Positions 57,901-64,000 of a stretch of 64,000 nt of DNA are shown here, one piece after another (within the stretch, counting starts at the first letter, position 1; every line of letters begins with the position of its first letter). Source of the stretch: Spirochaetia bacterium. GTDB taxonomy: Bacteria; Spirochaetota; Spirochaetia; SP-2023. Below the pieces are notes generated by a model. The model did no database searches and was not told the DNA's origin. It saw only the letters and a list, made by a program, of their open reading frames with translations. The DNA lies in contig OZ253665.1 of the NCBI GenBank assembly GCA_965263295.1, positions 192,001 through 256,000 on the forward strand, read 5' to 3'. A program made the translations under genes and the position numbers.

Positions 57901-59538
57901 CCGCGGCCACATCGTTGTAAATATCTGGTTGCAAGCTCCAATGGTTAAGGAGTTTGAGCGGTAATTTTCGCCGAGGCGGTAGCGCCGGTCACAGCCTTGT
58001 CGCACCTGCCGGTAAAGCTGTGAACAGGCGCCGCGAAAGCTATAAATGCTTTGCTTCGGGTCTCCAACAATTATGTAATTGTGGCTGCGTTGTAGCTCTC
58101 CGCCGTATTGTTGCGCTTCGCCTTCGCCAAAGATGGACTGCAGGATTTGCCACTGAATGGGATCTGTGTCCTGGAATTCATCAATTAGGACGCAGCGATA
58201 TTGGCTTCGCAGCAAAGCCGTCAAACCCTGAGTGTCGCCATAATCTTTTAGCACTAACACGCGATACAAACCTTCAATCATATCGGTGAAGCTGCGGGTT
58301 CCGTAAAGCAACTGGCTGACTTGTAGCTTGGGCGCGATTTCGCGCCGTAGCCGCAGTAAAAAGCGCGCGGCGAAAAGGCTTTGCAAATAACCTGTCTCTG
58401 GTTTCGCGTGGGGACTTAGGCAAGGCGCAAAGTTGGCAAAGAACTGTTGCACTTTTTCTGTCCGTTCAAAGTATGGCCATTTGGCGAGGCTGCCATGTTT
58501 TTCGAGAAACTTCTGGTTATTTTGTTTGAGCAATTCTGGGTGCTGCAGTCCAAGCAGGTCAATATAGGGTGCCAGAAGTTTCTCTGAGTTTTGGGGGTGT
58601 TGAGGTGTCGTGCAGAGCAGTTCGAGAATGCGGTCTAACCGTTTGGGGCCAGGTATAGCCGGCAAGTCTTGCCACAACGAATGCAGCTGTTGAAAAAATG
58701 TCGCTGCTGTGGAGGGCTTGTAACTGACTGGCAGGTTTTTGAGTTTTTTTGAACTGCTTTGTGTACTAAATGCATCAATTGGCCAGGGGGCCTGAGCCAG
58801 TTGACAGAAGGCCTCGTATGCTGGCCCCCGACTTTGGGCCAATTGCTCGCGTAGTGCCTCAAGCTTCTTTAGTTCTGCTGCGCCCGGAACTAGCTGGAAA
58901 TTGGGATGTTGCAGCCAGAAATTGTCTAGGGAGCTGGATTCGCAAAATTCCAGCAACTTCTTAAGGCGAAAATGGCGTCTTGAGCCTTGCTCTGAAAAGC
59001 TTAGAATAGGACCTGCCAATCGCAGATCGCGCTGAGTTTCGGCGTCAAAGTTGTCGTTGAGCGTTTCTAGTAACCATTGGCGGATGGGGCGGGCATGGGG
59101 GTCAATTGGGCTAGCAGAGGAGCCAACGTTGTTAAGTATTTGACCGGTTTCCAAGGCAAACTGCTCCAGGCAGCGACGAAAGAAACTGTGTATAGTAGAG
59201 ACATTAGCTTCATTAAACTGGTTTAAAGCCTTTGTTATATTGTGCTGAATTGGAATTATCTGTGCCTGAAGCTTTTCCACGACTATTTCTTGTCGAAGCT
59301 CTTCAAGCCGCAGGCTGAGCCTGCTGCGAATGCGGATACGTAGCTCTTCAGCGGCTTTGTCGGTGTAGGTTACTAACAGGATTTGCTTGATATTTAGGTT
59401 ATAATGCTCAATTAAGCGACAGACAATATGTTCCAGGGTATGAGTTTTGCCCGTGCCGGCGGATGCATCAATGCTCAAGTTAGCGCGCAGGGGGGCGGTT
59501 TCCAAGGAAAAATTGTGAATCATAAACAGGTGTAGCAA
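54937..59538 (-). CDS. recB: RecB-like helicase-nuclease (exodeoxyribonuclease V beta)
   Basis: ASAGTGKT, LIDEFQDTD, VGDPKQSIYSFRGA, MTVHSSKGLEF, LFYVGLTRA, GFIDL..LLDWKSN, Q.LIY. Confidence 0.92.
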   Translation of the reverse strand: MLHLFMIHNFSLETAPLRANLSIDASAGTGKTHTLEHIVCRLIEHYNLNIKQILLVTYTDKAAEELRIRIRSRLSLRLEELRQEIVVEKLQAQIIPIQHNITKALNQFNEANVSTIHSFFRRCLEQFALETGQILNNVGSSASPIDPHARPIRQWLLETLNDNFDAETQRDLRLAGPILSFSEQGSRRHFRLKKLLEFCESSSLDNFWLQHPNFQLVPGAAELKKLEALREQLAQSRGPAYEAFCQLAQAPWPIDAFSTQSSSKKLKNLPVSYKPSTAATFFQQLHSLWQDLPAIPGPKRLDRILELLCTTPQHPQNSEKLLAPYIDLLGLQHPELLKQNNQKFLEKHGSLAKWPYFERTEKVQQFFANFAPCLSPHAKPETGYLQSLFAARFLLRLRREIAPKLQVSQLLYGTRSFTDMIEGLYRVLVLKDYGDTQGLTALLRSQYRCVLIDEFQDTDPIQWQILQSIFGEGEAQQYGGELQRSHNYIIVGDPKQSIYSFRGACSQLYRQVRQGCDRRYRLGENYRSNSLTIGACNQIFTTMWPRHFEAARCGRQGKQNQTLLLPPEKANYSGLSFLNCDPVANAPKKFDKAGKSGQSAKSGLKELQENCHQAIERQVVRLLSQDYRIIELPAAANPTTQKWTQKELITYSALGRPVRPGDIAILMQNNSDCLKLYQRLQSHGIPVHYSEKRSVFQDPHARALYHFLQALCQPREWQHSLRLLLSPLFALTVPEAHLLLGLSEQTASAGVETTSQTPPSDFGLGFMQQLSLWKEQVDQGQLLEVLAELFNYGIQFHNKLQTLSHHEQPSELPRDVYSRLLGAAQYLASDNAMQNKELSAATKISASPNTLRAPELRELQRQNNCQSYSNLRQLTEILGDQQLQRGLDCRELCRYLGQQLRQIEKSADGAELDAPPTLATEHRQQNCNEGQAVQIMTVHSSKGLEFPIVLLGIGLSEKRQKPSIVLHSELSPEYRQFAYLQPSAEILAQRRNEEHAERQRLFYVGLTRASCKIYLPLFPSHAESPPFLNLLRESLQGDLQDPQPSGELRKAANELAREFPRLFSLEETTPISPHESLQLQSQLSQHGLQSRSNPVSPELNIVPAPTLQSLKINHPLGFPSHQEGTPPEQREFVAGVAPELIGYRKLKQDNLAQRFPAVSSFSSLQRGLSQDPSQNANRNRASNKPDNLPSNLALAPETIDNMETAYLSAGDNLGYSQDRERGDGGKPPDHPTHAAEYLEIQGSSDIQGGEFKKYKDELQWHELLLSPSAELGNLLHDLLERADYAHISQLSCAELQQDESFYEQLNLLSRRYFPRNWIKQARPALCRMVWHTLHSNLNIALAAGEHNTRSELRLCQLSPEQRRHELEFLLAIPRDCQIDKKLLLQAPGDKIQIGQGFLKGFIDLLFVNRGQLYLLDWKSNIYPFDDIMPLEGDKHNEGLQALQRQLYRKEALEQLMSSHNYQMQYLIYLAVVYYYLKRQYGEQFNYKKDFGGCYYLFLRGMSGGDSGIYYHKPAEILLQQILKALGLNLNSDA

Positions 59539-59788
59539 TGGGTGATTTGAGCTATCTGCACAAGCTTAGCTTTTGTAATTGATTCAAGCAAGTCCGGAAT
59601 TTGATGATCAAGATCAAAGGCACTGGTGAATTAAAGCGAGGTAATGTGCCCTATAATTTTTTGCTTTGTACTACAGTTTATAAAATGGTCTGCCGAGAAT
59701 CCTGTAGATTCAGTCATACTGAACTGAAAAGTCAACATAACGTTTTTGAAACTTTTGGCTATAAAATTGAGAATTGGAGGTGTAGCTC

Positions 59789-60367
59789 ATGGAGTTACGA
59801 TTTTGTAAATGGATAATATTAGGATTACTATCGAGTATTTTTGCTCTCGCTGGTACGAGTTTATTCGCCCAGGAAGCCGGCCAGAACTCGGATGAACATG
59901 TTACCGTAATACACACATATAACATTCGAAAAATATATTCACATCGCTTGGGCTATCGCATTGACTTTCAAGACTATGAGGGCAGTGTGCGTACAATTTA
60001 TGCCAAAATTTCCTGGTTTGCCAATGCTGAAGTTCGAGATCCTAAGCTCGACACTTTTGAAGTATCAGCCACTATGAATTACCTGCGAAATTCAGCTGAC
60101 ATGCCATCCAATTATATGACTATGCAGTATAAGAATGGTAAATTAATTTCGTTAATGATTTATGTGGATGAACCTAACTACGGCAATAATAGCATTTGGA
60201 TGCAAATTCCGCCTGCAGAAGATATTGATAGTAAGTTTGATATTAAAACTGTCACTTTTTCCGATCCCCCAGCCCCTGCTGCGGCTCCGCAAGATAGCTC
60301 GTCTGGTCGTCCATCTGATGGCGAGGAGCAGGTTTCAGAGGAGCAGGTTTCAGAGGAGCAAAGCTAG
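59789..60367 (+). CDS. Secreted hypothetical protein
   Basis: GGAGG RBS, signal peptide ending SLFA-Q, acidic C-terminal EEQVS repeat. Confidence 0.8.
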   Translation: MELRFCKWIILGLLSSIFALAGTSLFAQEAGQNSDEHVTVIHTYNIRKIYSHRLGYRIDFQDYEGSVRTIYAKISWFANAEVRDPKLDTFEVSATMNYLRNSADMPSNYMTMQYKNGKLISLMIYVDEPNYGNNSIWMQIPPAEDIDSKFDIKTVTFSDPPAPAAAPQDSSSGRPSDGEEQVSEEQVSEEQS

Positions 60368-60390
60368 ATTTACGTGCGAAAGAGCGGATC

Positions 60391-60463
60391 AAGCCTGGGG
60401 TCTGTTGCTGTGATAGAGTAGATGTCAATATCTCTGCAATAGTGCGATTTCAGGCTTTTTTTT
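60391..60463 (+). terminator. Long interrupted hairpin with U tract
   Basis: aagcctgggg..tgttgc..gata / tatc..gcaata..tttcaggctttttttt. Confidence 0.6.
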
Positions 60464-60554
60464 ATTGAGGGGCAGTTTTTTCGTGAAAATATAACTTCTT
60501 AATGGTTTTTATCTTAAAGTACTGTAGGGATTGTAACAGAATCTGTTTCATTGA

Positions 60555-61832
60555 ATGGACAATGTAACTGTGATTTACAATCTCTCAAGTTTTGCAGATT
60601 TTATAAATAATTTTATGACTAAGACAATCAAATTTTGTGAACAACTGGCTGGCATTGGCTCAAGTGTCATACATAAATTTAATCGGCTGAATGAAATATC
60701 CTTTGAAGTATTGGAAGCATTTTACCGCTATGAGCACTTTGTCATACTTGGCCATCAGAAACCGGACGCGGACTGCGCTGCGTCCCAGTTGGCTTTAGCC
60801 TTGGCATTGGAGCGTCTAAACAAGAGTGTGCAGTTAGTTTCGTCCGGCCCTTTTTTGCGACCTGAAATCAAGATGCTGGCAGCGGCATTTTCCGACAAAA
60901 TAGAACGGCAAAAGGTTATAGAATTTGGTGTAGATAAGACGCTCGCGATTATTTTGGATTGTAGTACGGCAGAACGAACCGGTTTTAAAGAAGATTTGCA
61001 GGATCTTCGGTTATTAGTGATTGATCATCACTCTTCGGGTGAATCTGAGGGCAGTTTGTTTTATTGTGATCCAAATTCTCCTTCGACAAGTGTGCTGGTG
61101 CATAAGATTTTATTACAATTGCCTTTGTTTTTGTTTCAAATGGCGCCACAACAGTACGAATACTTAGTTCGGCCTCGGCCAAACGGTGGCAATCGATTTC
61201 ACTGCATTGACCAAAAAATCGCCTGTATCCTGTTTTTGGGTTTTGCTGCAGATACCGGATTTTTCCGTTTTCTCAAGCCTGGAAATGCGGGGGACATGCT
61301 GCGATTAGTTTCGAATCTGGCCGATACCGGCATAAACTTACAGGATATTTATCAGCATATGACTGGAGGTCGGTTACTGGGGACCCGTCGTATTTTAGGT
61401 CTTTTGCTGTTGCGCGCTGGTTTTTTACTTAATGCTCGACTTTGTGTTAGTTACGAATTGTTGGCAGATAAAGAATACTGGAACGCTGAAGGCAGCGATA
61501 ATGATAGTTTTTATTCATTATTGCTAGCTACGCAGAACTGTGAAGTTATCGTTTTCATTGGTGAATTGGAGACCGGTCGCTGGGGTGTCGGTCTGAGGTC
61601 CTTAAAGCAGCATGATGTCGGTTCTGTAGCTGCCAGATTTGGCGGTGGCGGCCACAAAAATGCTGCGGGCTGTCGCCTTGAAGTCGCGTCTTTGCGTGAG
61701 GCTTTGCAGGTTACTTTGCAGGAGCTGACTGAGTTTTGGGAGCTGGGAGTTTCAGAGCGCCGCGAGATACAGGAATATATAGATTTGGTACCCCAGTTTG
61801 AAGTAGGGCAATTTTACAGAGACATTACATAG
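60555..61832 (+). CDS. nrnA: DHH/DHHA1 phosphoesterase (NrnA-like; start uncertain)
   Basis: GHQKPDAD, ILDCS, IDHH, DTGFFRF, GGGGHKNAAG. Confidence 0.9.
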   Translation: MDNVTVIYNLSSFADFINNFMTKTIKFCEQLAGIGSSVIHKFNRLNEISFEVLEAFYRYEHFVILGHQKPDADCAASQLALALALERLNKSVQLVSSGPFLRPEIKMLAAAFSDKIERQKVIEFGVDKTLAIILDCSTAERTGFKEDLQDLRLLVIDHHSSGESEGSLFYCDPNSPSTSVLVHKILLQLPLFLFQMAPQQYEYLVRPRPNGGNRFHCIDQKIACILFLGFAADTGFFRFLKPGNAGDMLRLVSNLADTGINLQDIYQHMTGGRLLGTRRILGLLLLRAGFLLNARLCVSYELLADKEYWNAEGSDNDSFYSLLLATQNCEVIVFIGELETGRWGVGLRSLKQHDVGSVAARFGGGGHKNAAGCRLEVASLREALQVTLQELTEFWELGVSERREIQEYIDLVPQFEVGQFYRDIT

Positions 61833-61927
61833 GAAACTAATTCGACATAAACTCAAGAGCCTGAATTATCAACGTGTGCCACCAGGTTGCGTCTTGATAG
61901 GTAATTTTCGTTTCTGAAGTTGTTAGG

Positions 61928-62605
61928 GTGGTAAATTTGGCCAAAAGACAGAGCCCGCAGAAGCCTGAAAATACGCCTGAGAAGATATGGGGTAGTTTTA
62001 CTTGCAACTCTAAGCTTGAGTGGCAAGTCCTGGATCGTGAGACGGTTTTTCGGGCGCCGATTTTTACGCTGTTTCGTTCGCGGCGCGCATATGCTTGTAA
62101 AAACGTAGTTGGGGATTTTTATTATTTTGATTCCAATGACTGGTTGACGGTTGTGCCACTGATTGGTAACCGCCAGACAAAACAGTATGATGTGATTTTA
62201 GTTGAGCAGTTTCGCCATGGCAGCGAACAGCTCGTGTTGGAGTTTCCTGCGGGCATCATTGATGAGGGGGAAGATCCGAAACATTGCGCCCTCCGTGAGC
62301 TGGCTGAGGAAACAGGCTTTGGAGCAGAGAGTATTCAAATTTGCGATAAATTGGGGGTCAGTTACCCCAATCCTGCGATTATGTCTAATCGTACATTCAC
62401 ATACGGAGTTTTACTTAATGAAGAAGCGATACAGCATGAGCTGCGTCTGGACGATCTAGAAGCTCTTCAAGTGCATCGCCTACCTTTGGCAGAACTGAAG
62501 CAATTGATATTTCTAGAAGATTCTCCATTTAACAGTGCGATAATGCTGCAGTCCCTGTTTTGGTTGGAAAATTCGCCGCTGCTTGCCTCATTACCTCCTA
62601 TCTAA
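61928..62605 (+). CDS. Nudix hydrolase (ADP-ribose pyrophosphatase-like)
   Basis: EQFRHG, EFPAGIIDEGEDPKHCALRELAEETG Nudix box. Confidence 0.92.
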   Translation: MVNLAKRQSPQKPENTPEKIWGSFTCNSKLEWQVLDRETVFRAPIFTLFRSRRAYACKNVVGDFYYFDSNDWLTVVPLIGNRQTKQYDVILVEQFRHGSEQLVLEFPAGIIDEGEDPKHCALRELAEETGFGAESIQICDKLGVSYPNPAIMSNRTFTYGVLLNEEAIQHELRLDDLEALQVHRLPLAELKQLIFLEDSPFNSAIMLQSLFWLENSPLLASLPPI

Positions 62606-63437
62606 GTATGCGCCGGCTCCTGAGCAACCAGGTTAGGCGAGCGGAACCGACAATGTAGTAAGCTGAATAGGCAACCGAAAGTAATATAAACCACGTGGGT
62701 AGAGGGTGGCGATTGATAAAGGTCGCGAGCAAAGCGGCCAGCCAGATAGCCGTCGCAACAATATTAGTTTTTTTCCACATTTTTGTACGTGTTGGATAAA
62801 TACATTTAATTGGCATAAAGGACAAGATGGAACAAAGAGCCAATATCAATGCATTAAGGGTTTTATCGTTGTGGCTGAACACTAGAAAATAGACTAGCAA
62901 GATCCAGGCGGAGGGAAAGCCGCGAAAAAAATAGTCCTGATCAATATCTGTCGACTTTGTTTCTTTCATGGTAAAGGTATCCATGTCTCCGCCGCCATTC
63001 TGGTTGATATCGATATTGGACTTGGCATCTGTGCGGCAAAATTGGTAGGTTGAGGCAATGCAGATCATGCTGACAATCAGGACATTATATCCACCGGGCA
63101 AGAGCTCGGCCTCCCAGACAATAAAAGCAGGAATGATAGACCATACCAGGAAGTCGATAATATTATCGAGCAGGTTGCCATCAATTTCCGGCAGGACTCG
63201 CTTAACTTGGATACAGCGGGCGAGAAGCCCGTCGCAAGAGTCGATAATGACGGCAATGACTAATAGTAAATAGGCATTGTACCAGTCGTGCCGAGCGATA
63301 TAGTGCAGGGAAAAAAGGGCAAAGATCGAACCACAAGCAGTGAATAAATGAACAATATAGGCAAGAGTTTTTTGTCTTACATTGCTTTGATTGTAAAGGG
63401 TAGGTAGATTTTTATTGTCCACAGAAGGAACCTTCAT
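62598..63437 (-). CDS. pcs: Phosphatidylcholine synthase (CDP-alcohol phosphotransferase)
   Basis: VHLFTACG, D.CDGLLAR..VK..LP.IDG.LLDNIIDF, FRGFPSAW. Confidence 0.85.
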   Translation of the reverse strand: MKVPSVDNKNLPTLYNQSNVRQKTLAYIVHLFTACGSIFALFSLHYIARHDWYNAYLLLVIAVIIDSCDGLLARCIQVKRVLPEIDGNLLDNIIDFLVWSIIPAFIVWEAELLPGGYNVLIVSMICIASTYQFCRTDAKSNIDINQNGGGDMDTFTMKETKSTDIDQDYFFRGFPSAWILLVYFLVFSHNDKTLNALILALCSILSFMPIKCIYPTRTKMWKKTNIVATAIWLAALLATFINRHPLPTWFILLSVAYSAYYIVGSARLTWLLRSRRILR

Positions 63438-64000
63438 TGTATGTATTTCGTCGCGATGTTCGCTTGAGCCTTAGTCTTGATATATTGAAATAATACGCGA
63501 CCGCGAATTTGTTTAATGTCAATTGGCCCCCAATAGGATGAATCGTTGCCAATATTACGATTATCTGATAGCACAAAATATTCGCCCTGGCGCAGGGTTA
63601 CCGGCTCTGTGTTACCTAAAAGTTTTAGGTTCTTGGGCCAATCGCGGATATGTTGTTCATCTGAGAGGATTACATAGTTTTTGTTTATTAATTCAAATTC
63701 TGAAGTAAAATACTCCAGCTGTCCTGGTTCATGGTCATCAGTTCTCCCTGGTTGGATTTGTGCAATGTTATTGACCATGTGAATGGTATCACCGGGTATG
63801 CCGATGATGCGGCGCACCATGTAAGGGTTCTTGCCCAAATGCTTCATGTGGTTCAAGTCTCCGATATTTAACGTTATAAAGCGGTAGAGAGTATTGAGCC
63901 AACTTAGCCCAATCGGCAGGGACTCGTGATAGGGAGCCGCAAGGACGACAACCGCGCCGCGCGGTATTTTGCGACTGAGCGGTATGACATTGTTGGGCAT
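63434..64000 (-). CDS. lepB: Signal peptidase I family protein, 5' truncated by the window edge
   Basis: RGAVVV, VRRIIGIPGD, EYFVLSDNR..GNDSSYWG. Confidence 0.8.
   Translation of the reverse strand: MPNNVIPLSRKIPRGAVVVLAAPYHESLPIGLSWLNTLYRFITLNIGDLNHMKHLGKNPYMVRRIIGIPGDTIHMVNNIAQIQPGRTDDHEPGQLEYFTSEFELINKNYVILSDEQHIRDWPKNLKLLGNTEPVTLRQGEYFVLSDNRNIGNDSSYWGPIDIKQIRGRVLFQYIKTKAQANIATKYIQ

Overview
Bacterial chromosomal window made up mostly of housekeeping genes, most likely from a spirochaete. Support for that: a Treponema/Thermotoga-type PyrB-PyrI C-terminus, NusA with a C-terminal Zn ribbon, AHAG-type MCPs, flgM and phosphatidylcholine synthase. Contents in order: pyrBI(partial)-pyrE-pyrF; an orphan nuclease-like ORF; an EIIA/PII-like regulator with a cation:proton antiporter and a CNNM protein; murJ; a Wzi-like OMP; a fatty-acid hydroxylase; an SBP-FGE-smpB cluster; two AT-rich MCPs; dCMP deaminase, rsmI, flgM, TrmH, proA; a heterodimeric ABC exporter; stand-alone rpsD; cdd, yitJ-like, recR-ybaB-dnaX; rimP-nusA-infB-rbfA-truB; an ABC importer with an NnrS-like gene behind a Fur-like box; purH, hisIE-C/F/A/H, a LysM amidase, recB, nrnA, Nudix, pcs, lepB(partial). 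No tRNA, rRNA, CRISPR array or IS element was seen. Best leads: (1) a perfect four-way-junction RNA in the rpsD 5'UTR, a candidate new S4 autoregulatory leader; (2) dnaX split at an A10 run, where the tau-like product needs a -1 shift; (3) a HisIE-HisC fusion one base away from two GTGA-coupled genes; (4) pervasive in-frame tandem micro-duplications in core genes; (5) an EIIA-PII-like fusion next to an antiporter. All calls come from reading the sequence by eye; no searches were run.
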